NCBI GenBank assembly: GCA_041664365.1
Contig: JBAYKW010000001.1
Span: 308,465-372,464, forward strand
Source: Patescibacteria group bacterium
GTDB taxonomy: Bacteria; Patescibacteriota; Patescibacteriia; UM-FILTER-42-10
DNA length: 64,000 nt
Direction: 5' to 3'
In this document: one piece after another, positions 40,640 through 50,366 of the stretch
Layout of the letters: every line of letters begins with the position of its first letter
How positions within the stretch are numbered: position 1 is the first letter of the stretch
Made by a program: the position numbers and the translations under genes
Notes under the pieces: model-generated
Database searches by the model: none
What the model was told of the DNA's origin: nothing
What the model saw: the letters and a program-made list of their open reading frames with translations, nothing else

Positions 40640-41894
40640 TGGACCAAAAAAAATCCTAATCATTTCTTCCTGGGCACCACCAATGATCGGCGGACCGCAG
40701 AGTCTTTATAATGTCTTTTCTCAATTTCCAAAAGATTCATATTCTATACTGACTTCATATAATATTATATGGGATACCCAGAAATCAAATGTTTCTGGGT
40801 CTTGGCTTCCATGTAAATATTATTTTTTTGATCATAAGGGAGAAATTAACGGTGGTAGTGTTAAAATTCTGACCGCCAGCAAAAATGTAAATATAGCGAA
40901 AAAGGTTTTCGACTTTTTTAAAGCACTGCCGGTTTTTAATTTAATTGTAATCTCAGCATTATTAGTTTATTCTATATTTTCTACCACAAAAAAAACTATT
41001 ACTATCAGTAAGCAAAACAAATTTAACATGCTGTTGGGATTATCAGATATTGGCTATGCTCTGATTAGCACCTATTTCGCTCATAAAATTACTAAAATCC
41101 CCTATGCACTCTATATATTTGATGTTTACAAGGGTTATAAATTTGAGTTACCCTATAAGTTTTTGGCTAGCTTGTTTGAGAAAGTTATTTTTAAAAACGC
41201 GAAAATAATAATCGTGACTAATAAAGCTACCGAAGATCTATATAAAAAAAGATACGGGGATAGTTTAAATATTAAGATAATACATAATTCAGTTTTTACG
41301 GATGCTTATGATAAAATCAGGGTTGAACGACATATTACAGCGCCATACAAAATTATTTTTACCGGTTATGTTTATTGGGCACAAGAGCAGAGTCTTTTAA
41401 ATTTAATTAAAGCTATGGAACAGCTAATAGATCTACCGGTAGAACTACTAATATATTCGCCAAAACCTACTGACGCTATCAGAAATTCGATTGTAAATAA
41501 AAATAATATCAAACTTCTGTCAGCAAATCAATCAGAAATTCCCAAGATCCAAAATGAGGCGACCTTATTATTCTTACCTCTTTCCTGGAACACTAATGCT
41601 CCCGCAATTATTACGACCGCTACTCCCGGAAAATATACTGATTATTTGGCCTCTGGTCGTCCTATGCTAGTGCATGCACCTGATTATGCTTATGTTTCTC
41701 AATATACCAAAGAAAATCAATTAGGATTGGTCGTTGATAAAAATGACATTCAATTACTGGCAGATACAATTAGAAATTTTATTAAATATCCCGGTAACGG
41801 TCAAAATTACGTTAATAATGCATTAAAAATATTTTATCAAAATCACGATGCTAAAAAAAATGCAAAAAAATTAGCAAAACTACTAGAAATTTAG
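40620..41894 (+). CDS. Glycosyltransferase, GT-B/GT4-like
   Basis: PPMIGG, IIFTG, PGKYTDYLASGRPML. Confidence 0.8.
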   Translation: MKHLFPDGPKKILIISSWAPPMIGGPQSLYNVFSQFPKDSYSILTSYNIIWDTQKSNVSGSWLPCKYYFFDHKGEINGGSVKILTASKNVNIAKKVFDFFKALPVFNLIVISALLVYSIFSTTKKTITISKQNKFNMLLGLSDIGYALISTYFAHKITKIPYALYIFDVYKGYKFELPYKFLASLFEKVIFKNAKIIIVTNKATEDLYKKRYGDSLNIKIIHNSVFTDAYDKIRVERHITAPYKIIFTGYVYWAQEQSLLNLIKAMEQLIDLPVELLIYSPKPTDAIRNSIVNKNNIKLLSANQSEIPKIQNEATLLFLPLSWNTNAPAIITTATPGKYTDYLASGRPMLVHAPDYAYVSQYTKENQLGLVVDKNDIQLLADTIRNFIKYPGNGQNYVNNALKIFYQNHDAKKNAKKLAKLLEI

Positions 41895-41913
41895 CATATA
41901 ATACTATCTTTAG

Positions 41914-42855
41914 ATGAATCATGATATACCGGAACCAAATAATGAAAAACACGCCATGGATTTATTATCAGTCCCCGACTGGCATACTAAACCCGGTAGT
42001 CATCTTTTGGAATTCGGACAAGCTGTACCGAAAATTCAACTGGAACATAATCAGGAGTTCATAGAGACATATCCGGAGGTTCAGGCTCTATGCAGAATCT
42101 TAGAATCCAGAAAAGATAAAAATTTGTTTAACGGCCCGCTTGCAAGTGTTGACAACGTAGCAATCGGCGATGACGGCTTGTCAATCAGTACGAAGGAAAC
42201 TGATTTTTTTTCATATTTAGCTTCTTCATACTATAACCGCGACCATGTCGGTGAAAATTCTGTAAGGCCATTGAGTGTGCAATCAACGATTTTTACTCCA
42301 GGCAACAAAAAAATAATTCTGGAGCGCCGACCGGAATCCATGGCTGACTCTCCAAATAAACTAAGTGTTTTTGGCGGATCTATAAAACCTGGCATACACC
42401 CCGATGATGCCATACTAGAAATCAGCAGGCGCAAGTTAGGCTTAGATTTATCACCTGATCAAATACAACCCAGCGGCCTGACCCGAGACAATATGGCCAA
42501 CATTTTTTGTGTTACGTATGCCGTCGAATTAACCGAGGAACAGTATCGGACTAAGTATGAGGAGGTTAAAGGTTTAATGCGAAGACATGAACGGATGTTT
42601 TATTTGGTTTCAACTGACGAAGCACAACACTCCATGGAACAAATATTGACCGGTAAAAGAACAATTGATCAATGGGATCCGAATGCTTTCTTTAATCTGC
42701 TTTATGCCCTATCCGCAAAGGGATTGCGCGATCCCCAGGAACTTGATGCAATTGTTAATGCCAATGATGCAATTTTGAAGGAATCACCATTACATCACAC
42801 TTTTCCGATTGAAAAATATCTAGGTCAGGTTTCTTTAGATAGGAAACCAGAATAA
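41914..42855 (+). CDS. Hypothetical protein with a Nudix-like region
   Basis: FNG, IILERR...SPNKLSVFGGSI..., degenerate Nudix box. Confidence 0.55.
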   Translation: MNHDIPEPNNEKHAMDLLSVPDWHTKPGSHLLEFGQAVPKIQLEHNQEFIETYPEVQALCRILESRKDKNLFNGPLASVDNVAIGDDGLSISTKETDFFSYLASSYYNRDHVGENSVRPLSVQSTIFTPGNKKIILERRPESMADSPNKLSVFGGSIKPGIHPDDAILEISRRKLGLDLSPDQIQPSGLTRDNMANIFCVTYAVELTEEQYRTKYEEVKGLMRRHERMFYLVSTDEAQHSMEQILTGKRTIDQWDPNAFFNLLYALSAKGLRDPQELDAIVNANDAILKESPLHHTFPIEKYLGQVSLDRKPE

Positions 42856-42867
42856 TATATTCCTGAA

Positions 42868-42895
42868 TTGACTCAATTGTATTAAATGTTATAAT
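42868..42895 (+). promoter_or_regulatory. sigma70 promoter with extended -10 for the fnlA operon
   Basis: TTGACT-16 nt-TATAAT preceded by TGn. Confidence 0.6.
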
Positions 42896-42929
42896 AAAAC
42901 CTATTATATTAAGAGATTAAAGCATATTT

Positions 42930-43967
42930 ATGGAACAATATAAAAATCATCTACAAGACAAGACGATAATGATTACTGGCGGAACAGGATCATTTGGTAA
43001 TGCTGTTGTTGATAAACTCCTACAATACAACCCTAAAAAAATTGTCATATTCAGCCGTGATGAAAAAAAGCAATTTGACATGGGTAATAAGTATAATTCT
43101 AACAAACTAAAATTTATAATCGGTGACGTCAGAGATAAAGATTCCGTCTCCCATGCTGTTTGTGATGTAAATTATATTTTTCATGCTGCCGCCTTAAAAC
43201 AAGTCCCGAATTGTGAATTTTTCCCTATTGAAGCCATAAAAACAAATACACTTGGTGTTCACAACATCATTGATTCTGCAATTGAAAATGATGTTGAGAG
43301 AGTTGTCGTCCTTAGTACGGATAAAGCCGTGTATCCTATCAACGTGATGGGCATGACAAAGGCACTGATGGAAAAAATAATGATTGCCGGCGCCCGTGAA
43401 AAACGCGGAAAGACAATTTTATGTGGTACTCGTTACGGTAACGTTATGTACACCCGCGGATCTGTTATTCCATACTTTATTGATTTAATCAAAGCTGGAA
43501 AGCCATTAAGGATTACAAAGCGAGACATGACCCGATTTATGATGTCTTTAGACCAATCAATTGACCTGGTTCTATATGCTTTAACCAACGGAAATAACGG
43601 TGATATATATGTAAGAAAAGCGCCGGCCGCTACAGTTGGTGATTTAGCGCAGGCAATGACGAATATTTTTAAATATAAACAGGGTGAAGAAGAAGTTGGA
43701 ATTCGCCCGGGGGAAAAGATGTATGAAACTTTAATCTCTTCTGAAGAATCCTACCGTGCTGAAGATTGCGGTGATTACTACAAAATAAATCCAGAAGTTC
43801 CTGATATGGATTATCGCGATTATTTTTTTAAGGGTGAAAAAGAAAATATCCTGCCTCACGCTGGTTATAACTCATCTAACACGAAGCAATTATCTGTAAA
43901 AGAAGTGGAGTCCATCCTTTTGGATCTGAATGAGATTCAGGAAGAAATTAAATTAATGGGTATATAA
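42930..43967 (+). CDS. fnlA: UDP-GlcNAc 4,6-dehydratase/5-epimerase (FnlA/WbjB/Cap5E)
   Basis: TGGTGSFG, FSRDEKKQ, AALKQVPNCEFFP, STDKAVYPINVMGMTK, TRYGNV, GIRPGEK, YNSSNT. Confidence 0.9.
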   Translation: MEQYKNHLQDKTIMITGGTGSFGNAVVDKLLQYNPKKIVIFSRDEKKQFDMGNKYNSNKLKFIIGDVRDKDSVSHAVCDVNYIFHAAALKQVPNCEFFPIEAIKTNTLGVHNIIDSAIENDVERVVVLSTDKAVYPINVMGMTKALMEKIMIAGAREKRGKTILCGTRYGNVMYTRGSVIPYFIDLIKAGKPLRITKRDMTRFMMSLDQSIDLVLYALTNGNNGDIYVRKAPAATVGDLAQAMTNIFKYKQGEEEVGIRPGEKMYETLISSEESYRAEDCGDYYKINPEVPDMDYRDYFFKGEKENILPHAGYNSSNTKQLSVKEVESILLDLNEIQEEIKLMGI

Positions 43968-44030
43968 AATAAGTTAACCGCAGATTATACGTCACAACAA
44001 CTGGAAATTAAAAAGGATCAGCGTGGTAAA

Positions 44031-44357
44031 TTGATCGAAGTTTTTAAACTTCCCGACGTCGGTCAGGTTTTTTATTCTGTTTCAAAACCAGGCGTAATCA
44101 GAGGCAATCATTATCACAAAAGAAAAATTGAAACTTTTTGTGTAATAGAAGGTGAAGCATTAATCCGTATGAGAAACCGTTCAACAGATGAGATCAAAGA
44201 ATTCAAAGTATCCGGAGACAAACCCCAGCTGATTGAAATGCGAATTAATTGGACGCACAATATTCAAAATACCAGCCAATCCGAAATGAGATTATTAGTT
44301 TGGGCTAATGAAGTATTCGATCCGAATGATCCGGATACATTTGCAGAAAATGTGTAA
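44031..44357 (+). CDS. Stand-alone cupin like the FnlB/Cap5F C-terminal domain (WxcM-like); true start uncertain
   Basis: SKPGVIRGNHYH..KIETF, THNIQN, WANEVFDPNDPDT; homology continues upstream (LEIKKDQRG). Confidence 0.8.
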   Translation: MIEVFKLPDVGQVFYSVSKPGVIRGNHYHKRKIETFCVIEGEALIRMRNRSTDEIKEFKVSGDKPQLIEMRINWTHNIQNTSQSEMRLLVWANEVFDPNDPDTFAENV

Positions 44358-44397
44358 ATTTAAAGTTTTAAAATATAATTAATACCGAATCTAATTT

Positions 44398-45540
44398 ATG
44401 AAAAAAGAAATCAAGAAATTAAAAATTATTACAATTTTTGGGACACGTCCAGAAATCATCAGGATGTCACAAGTTTTTACAAAATTAGACCAATATTTGA
44501 ATCACGTAATGGTTCACACTGGTCAGAGTTTTGATTATGAAATGAATAAAATTTTTTTTGACAATCTGAAAATTCGAAAACCTGATTATTTTCTTGATAT
44601 AAAAGCTGCGTCACTTGGTGAACAAATAGCAAATATAATTTCCAGAAGTGAAACTGTATTTAAAAAAGAATCACCGGATGCTTTGCTTTTATTAGGCGAC
44701 ACCAATAGTGCACTATCCACTATTGTTGCTAAAAGAATGAAAATACCTATTTTCCATCTGGAGGCCGGTAACCGCAGTTTTGATGAAAATGTCCCGGAAG
44801 AAATCAACCGACGTATTGTTGATCATATCAGCGACATCAACCTGCCATATAGTGAAAATGCCAGATTGAATTTACTAAGGGAAGGGATACATCCCGGCAC
44901 AATGTTTGTTACAGGTTCACCGCTAGCTGAAATATTGCATAAAAATAAGAAATCAATTGATAAATCAAATATTGTCAAGGAATTGAAACTGCCACCAAAT
45001 AAATTTTTTGTTGTCAGCTTACATCGTGAAGAAAATGTTGATTCAAAAAAATCCTTCAAAACACTGATTGATATCCTTAATGATGTTGCCGAAACATATA
45101 AACTGCCCCTGATTGTCACTACTCACCCAAGAACCAGAAAGAGATTGCTGGAAGAAAAACTAAAAACGAATAAACTGATTAAATTCTGTAAACCTTTTGG
45201 TTTTTTTGATTACATCAAACTACAAAAAAATGCATTCTGCGTTATTTCTGACAGTGGTACTATTCAGGAAGAATGTTCAAATTTGCAATTTCCGGCCATT
45301 CAAGTACGTAACAGTTCTGAACGTCCAGAAGCTTTTGATGAGGGTGTGACAATCTTAACTGGTCTGGATAAAGATAATGTACTAAAATCTATTGAGATCG
45401 TCACACAACAACATAAATCCGGTGAAAAGTTCAAAATCCCCCATTCTTATCAGGATACGAATTTTTCCAGCAAGGTTTTACGCCACGTGGTCAGTTTAAC
45501 GAAAATTATTCAGAAACGACGTGGTTCTCCAATGGTATAA
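44398..45540 (+). CDS. UDP-HexNAc 2-epimerase, non-hydrolysing (FnlC/WbjD/Cap5G type)
   Basis: GTRPEIIR, HTGQ, GDTNS, EAGNRSFD.VPEEINR, HREENVD, DSGT, ERPE. Confidence 0.9.
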   Translation: MKKEIKKLKIITIFGTRPEIIRMSQVFTKLDQYLNHVMVHTGQSFDYEMNKIFFDNLKIRKPDYFLDIKAASLGEQIANIISRSETVFKKESPDALLLLGDTNSALSTIVAKRMKIPIFHLEAGNRSFDENVPEEINRRIVDHISDINLPYSENARLNLLREGIHPGTMFVTGSPLAEILHKNKKSIDKSNIVKELKLPPNKFFVVSLHREENVDSKKSFKTLIDILNDVAETYKLPLIVTTHPRTRKRLLEEKLKTNKLIKFCKPFGFFDYIKLQKNAFCVISDSGTIQEECSNLQFPAIQVRNSSERPEAFDEGVTILTGLDKDNVLKSIEIVTQQHKSGEKFKIPHSYQDTNFSSKVLRHVVSLTKIIQKRRGSPMV

Positions 45541-45563
45541 ATGTAGTTAATAGATACGGATAC

Positions 45564-46451
45564 ATGAAAACAATTGCCATAACTGCCCCGAATAGCCTTT
45601 CGGGAAGCATGATGTATAGTGTACTGAAAGAAAATTTCCGTCTAGTACTTATATGCGAAAGTAAGGATAAATTGGCATTGCTAGAAAATATTTATGGCAA
45701 ATGTTTAAAACATAATGCTATAATCTTCGATTTGATGGATTTATATCAAGACTACGTTACGGGATTTTTAAATCAACCTGACGGTCTGAATATAAGCAAA
45801 CTAGTAGATAAAATCGGGGAAGTAGATGCATTTATCAATTGTGCGACTATAACTAATCCCCATATTAAGCAAGATCCGGTCAAGGCTTTTTTTATTAACA
45901 GCAGTCTGCCACATATTTTAAGTCAGATTTATGGTGACAAGTTAATACATATTGCCACTGATTGTGTTTTTGATGGACAAATCGGCGCTCCTTATAATGA
46001 AAAATCGATCCATCATCCAACTGACGCTTATGGTTTGACAAGAAGTCTGGGCGAGCCGGCTGATCAGTCGCTTGTTTTACGCGTATCACTTGTCGGTCCG
46101 GAGATAGATAGTTCTGATTCGCTGATTGAATGGTTAAAAAAGAACAAGAGTAAAACGATTGATGGTTTTACAAATCATACTTGGAATGGTCTTACATCTC
46201 GTGAGTTTGCATTAATTTGCCAAGAGATAATCAATAACCGCAATCAATATCCCAAAACAGGTCTTTTTCACCTATTCTCTACAAATGTTACAAAGTATGA
46301 CATGCTAATTAAATTCAAAGAAAAATACAATATTGATGTTAATATCAATCCGAGTCAATCAACATCAATTGATCGACGTTTAGATACTGCATTTGATTTA
46401 TGCAGGAAGTTTAATATTCCTTCCTTTGATGAAATGTTAAAAGAATTGTAA
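45564..46451 (+). CDS. RmlD-like sugar-nucleotide reductase (QnlA/WbvR-like), with degenerate motifs
   Basis: INC, NSSLPH, TDCVFDG..PY.E, YGLTRSLGE, GFTNHTWNGLT, IDR.L. Confidence 0.75.
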   Translation: MKTIAITAPNSLSGSMMYSVLKENFRLVLICESKDKLALLENIYGKCLKHNAIIFDLMDLYQDYVTGFLNQPDGLNISKLVDKIGEVDAFINCATITNPHIKQDPVKAFFINSSLPHILSQIYGDKLIHIATDCVFDGQIGAPYNEKSIHHPTDAYGLTRSLGEPADQSLVLRVSLVGPEIDSSDSLIEWLKKNKSKTIDGFTNHTWNGLTSREFALICQEIINNRNQYPKTGLFHLFSTNVTKYDMLIKFKEKYNIDVNINPSQSTSIDRRLDTAFDLCRKFNIPSFDEMLKEL

Positions 46452-46519
46452 GTATTATATTAAAACCTGATTCTATTTCAGATACTGATAATGAATCACT
46501 GAGAAGCGAAGAAGTGAGC

Positions 46520-46625
46520 AGATTAGTGAATATTGCTAATGATGAGAGGTATAGTAAGGTGGAAATGTTCTCATCTAAAATACTTTCTTATTTTGGAGAA
46601 ATGTATGTGATAATGTTGGTCATTT
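46520..46625 (+). repeat. Inverted, frameshifted copy of an internal segment (50989-51095) of the GT2 gene 50367..51419
   Basis: By eye about 8 substitutions and 1 indel in ~106 bp; reads RLVNIANDERYSKVEMFSSKILSYF versus RLVNVANDEKYSKVGMFSPKILSYF. Confidence 0.85.
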
Positions 46626-46700
46626 TCCACATACATTAAAAATTCACAGTTCTTTTAATCTGCAGACTTTTCTCTATATTGATTTACATTAATTTTGGTT

Positions 46701-48257
46701 TTAGATTAACTCAAACAGCAATGCATCGTTCGAATTAAACAAACTATTGTAATAAATTTTATTGCTAAACATCTCAGCTAAGTTATCAATATTTTTATTT
46801 CCTTCTTGATTCGGCTTCATTAGCAAAAAATACTTAATATTATTATTTTTAAAGAAATAAATACTTGATTTCAAATCAGGCTGATTAAATGCCAGACAAG
46901 CATCATTATTTTCTCCACACAGTTTCAATTCAGTAGTTATATGTTGAATACTCCTTTCACTAATCATTACATCATGATTAGTTTGTGATACTCCATTAAC
47001 ATGAGAAAAGATCAGATCATCATTTTTAGAAACTGTTTTTAACAAATTAAGTGCCCTAATTTGGTTATTCGTTACAATATTTGAATTATCATATAATTCT
47101 TTTACTCTACTGGTACTACTAATAATAAGTATCACAAACATAGTCATGATAAATATAAATAGTTTTGAATTATTCCTAACCTTAGTCAACAAATAATTTA
47201 ATGGATAAACCGCAAAGAAGGCAATAAAAACACCGGCTAGAAAAACAATCCTCTCATAGTAGAAATCAATGCCAAGTCTGTAAGTTTGTAATATGATCAA
47301 CAGCATTAATATCCAAAATAGTGGGAATATCCTGTAGGATAGTAAGTTTTTCCGAATCTGAATAATATAAAATACTATTCCAGTAACTCCAAAGGTAAAA
47401 AGAAAAGGACCTAAGTATTCACCATATTGAGAAACCAATATCGGGCCTCTAAACTTATCTCCGTTAGTGCTTCCCCAGAAAGAGACAATCCCCTCTTTAA
47501 TTACAGGATAATATGCATATAATGCATATCCAATTAACGAGAAGACAAACAAAATAATAATTCCGCCTTTGTAACGGCCCAATTTCTTCAATTTACTATG
47601 AAGGATATGTTTTAATTGCTTGTTAATTAGAAATAGATATATAATGTACAATGCAATTGTTATCAATAGAACCGGAGCGGTCAAGTACTTGTGGGTAAAA
47701 TATAGTGTGATAATAAAGAAAATTATTAGTAAAAGTAGTTTATTTTTTTTTGTGCGACTGTAGCTATAAATCAAATAGTATATAATATTTACATATGTAA
47801 AAGCCAACAAATTGGAAACAGTCGATCCTGCAAACAATCTGATAATAGCAAAACTTCCTAGCACTGCGATCGGAAACAATACAGCGGTCATGCTATTGAA
47901 AGTTTTTCCAACAAGATAACTTGTCAGAACAATTAATACTATGAGAAAAAGTTGGTAGATTGAAAATAGTGGATAAGTAAAGTCAAGCCCGGTAAACTGA
48001 TTGATGAGTACAATGTTAATATCGGTCAATGGCGATGGATATGCATAAAATCCATTATAGGTTGCCTGATACGCTTTCGGCACAATTTGATTACTGGTTA
48101 TCCATTGAGCATCATTAATATATGTAATGGCGTCGGTGCCGACCGGAATTGGCTTGATAACAGGATAATAAAAAACCAAAAGTGCTAAAATTACTTCTAA
48201 AAATACAATTAGAGCAATTAATTTTTTTGATTTACCAATATATGAAATCATATCCAA
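46701..48257 (-). CDS. Multi-pass membrane protein, GT-C-like
   Basis: P.GTD..Y motif in loop 1, ~12 TM, ER motif, soluble C-terminal domain. Confidence 0.65.
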   Translation of the reverse strand: MDMISYIGKSKKLIALIVFLEVILALLVFYYPVIKPIPVGTDAITYINDAQWITSNQIVPKAYQATYNGFYAYPSPLTDINIVLINQFTGLDFTYPLFSIYQLFLIVLIVLTSYLVGKTFNSMTAVLFPIAVLGSFAIIRLFAGSTVSNLLAFTYVNIIYYLIYSYSRTKKNKLLLLIIFFIITLYFTHKYLTAPVLLITIALYIIYLFLINKQLKHILHSKLKKLGRYKGGIIILFVFSLIGYALYAYYPVIKEGIVSFWGSTNGDKFRGPILVSQYGEYLGPFLFTFGVTGIVFYIIQIRKNLLSYRIFPLFWILMLLIILQTYRLGIDFYYERIVFLAGVFIAFFAVYPLNYLLTKVRNNSKLFIFIMTMFVILIISSTSRVKELYDNSNIVTNNQIRALNLLKTVSKNDDLIFSHVNGVSQTNHDVMISERSIQHITTELKLCGENNDACLAFNQPDLKSSIYFFKNNNIKYFLLMKPNQEGNKNIDNLAEMFSNKIYYNSLFNSNDALLFELI

Positions 48258-48318
48258 ACTACTTTATTTTCAATTTTATTAAATAATATACCAGACAGTT
48301 CATTTAAATTACTAATCA

Positions 48319-49461
48319 TTACCTAATTAATGCAGTTTTATACATACATTCAACTTTTTTTGCAATAGAATCCCAGGTATATTGATCTTCCACCTTTCTT
48401 CGACCGTTTTGTCCTAAGCGCCTTGCATAAACTGAATCTTTTAGTAGAATACCAATTTTATCTGTTAAATCTTTTACATTTCCCTTTTCAAATAATAATC
48501 CATTTACTCCGTCATTAACAACCGTTCTTACTCCTGGTAGATTACTTGCTATCACGGGTTTAGCACAGGCCATTGCTTCTATTAAAACTAAGCCAAACGA
48601 CTCAACTTTTGTTGATGGCAGGACAAGTAAATCAGCTTGTATTAGGTGTTGTAATGCTTCTTTATTACTTAATTTACCGACAAAAGATATTTGCTGTGAT
48701 ATACCTAATTCTTTAGCTAATTTAATGTATTTCTCTTTTAAATCTCCGTCACCAATAACTAATAAATGCGCTTTATTAGTAAATGATTTAAAAGCTTCAA
48801 ATAATATATCCAATCTCTTAAAGTAGTGAGCTTTATCCAAAGTACCAATAAATGCTATAATAAATTTTTTTTCTTCAATCTTATATTCTTTTCTTACATC
48901 TGGCCGTTCTAGTATTTGAGTAAAATCCTCTAAATTAATACCATTGGGAATAATAGCAACCTTGCCTTCTTTCTTCTTTAAGTAACTCACTTGAGAATGA
49001 TTAATATGATCATCAGATAAACCTAGCACCATTTTTGCTCCATCCATAACAGATTTTTGAAAAAATAGATTATATACTTGAAAAATAGTTTTTTTTAATA
49101 GACTATCGCCCTCGGCATCTTGATGATAGGTTATTACATAAGGAATATTTCTTTTTTTTGCGGCTTGTTTAACAATAATATCACCACCAAAAAAAGGATA
49201 ATGTAGGTGGATAATATCAAATCCAATAAGTATTTTTTTAAGAGATGGCAAAACACTCGCATTTCCAATTGAATAATACGGTTTTAAATATTTTATCTTG
49301 AAAGGCATATTCAATTTATGCGATAATCTTTTTTCGGTTTCAGGTAAAAATACAGTTACATCATGTCCTAAAATAGATAGTTTTTTTGATAAATTGTAAC
49401 AGACATTTCCAGATCCTCCTTCATAGGGCGGAAAAGTTGAAGTTACTTGGGCTATTCGCAT
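48319..49461 (-). CDS. Glycosyltransferase family 4
   Basis: FPPYEGG, HLHYP, IPNG, ESFGLVLIEAMAC. Confidence 0.93.
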   Translation of the reverse strand: MRIAQVTSTFPPYEGGSGNVCYNLSKKLSILGHDVTVFLPETEKRLSHKLNMPFKIKYLKPYYSIGNASVLPSLKKILIGFDIIHLHYPFFGGDIIVKQAAKKRNIPYVITYHQDAEGDSLLKKTIFQVYNLFFQKSVMDGAKMVLGLSDDHINHSQVSYLKKKEGKVAIIPNGINLEDFTQILERPDVRKEYKIEEKKFIIAFIGTLDKAHYFKRLDILFEAFKSFTNKAHLLVIGDGDLKEKYIKLAKELGISQQISFVGKLSNKEALQHLIQADLLVLPSTKVESFGLVLIEAMACAKPVIASNLPGVRTVVNDGVNGLLFEKGNVKDLTDKIGILLKDSVYARRLGQNGRRKVEDQYTWDSIAKKVECMYKTALIR

Positions 49462-49532
49462 TTTGTTTTATTCAATTCCATTTAACTATTACGAATCTTT
49501 ATTACCTAGAAATGTTTTTTGTCTGCAACTTT

Positions 49533-50279
49533 TCATTTGGTAACATAATAAACTACACTCTGATTTGATTTTATATTGAATTTTTCTTCCTGAACCTCCA
49601 GAACTTTTACCCCATTGCTTTTCAAAAAAGAAACAACTTCCTTTTTTGGAATAGAACTCATGCTAATGGAAAATAGTTTTAGCTTTTCGTATAAATATTT
49701 ATTCTTAAATCCCATAAATTTTAGTAATAAAAACAATTTTCTCACTAATTGAAGTCGGTAAATTAAAGGTATATAAGCAGGCAACTGAAAAATCAACAAA
49801 CCATCTACTTTTAATGTCCTTATAAATTCAATAATATATGATTTTATTATTGATTTATCCTGTAAATGTTGTAAAACTAGGCTAGTATATATCATATCAA
49901 AAGAATTACTATCAAATATCTTTAAATTTTTCTCTGTATTTATTAAAAAATGACAATTTGGCATATCTGTGTTCAATTCCCTGGCTTTTAATATCATATT
50001 CTCAGCGATATCCACGCCAATGCATTCTTTAAAGTAATTATTTAATGCTCTTGTAAGCCTACCCACCCCACACCCAAAATCAAGCACTTTTTCTCTGTAT
50101 TTTGGATAGTCTAATGTCGTAGCTACTTTCATTACAGTATCAATCTCCTTTTTACCAGTAGAAAAAAAATCATCAGTGTCCCATTTATTGAATCTTTGTT
50201 TAGGGTCTGACAAAATTGCCCAAAATGGATCTCTAATGGCTAAATCTTCCCACTCTTCTTTCAGTTTATCTAGAGACAT
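49533..50279 (-). CDS. Class I SAM-dependent methyltransferase
   Basis: LDFGCGVGRL, GVDI, FDMIY..LVLQH. Confidence 0.88.
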   Translation of the reverse strand: MSLDKLKEEWEDLAIRDPFWAILSDPKQRFNKWDTDDFFSTGKKEIDTVMKVATTLDYPKYREKVLDFGCGVGRLTRALNNYFKECIGVDIAENMILKARELNTDMPNCHFLINTEKNLKIFDSNSFDMIYTSLVLQHLQDKSIIKSYIIEFIRTLKVDGLLIFQLPAYIPLIYRLQLVRKLFLLLKFMGFKNKYLYEKLKLFSISMSSIPKKEVVSFLKSNGVKVLEVQEEKFNIKSNQSVVYYVTK

Positions 50280-50366
50280 AATTTTTATTTATTAATAATA
50301 GTAGTTATAAAATATAGAATGCTATATGTGTGAATAATATTTTTCTATTTATCGGTTTGTTCACCA

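Noticed and set aside
46520-46625. DGR template repeat for the GT2 segment
   Set aside because: Mismatches are not adenine-specific, there is an indel, the target is mid-gene and no reverse transcriptase is present.
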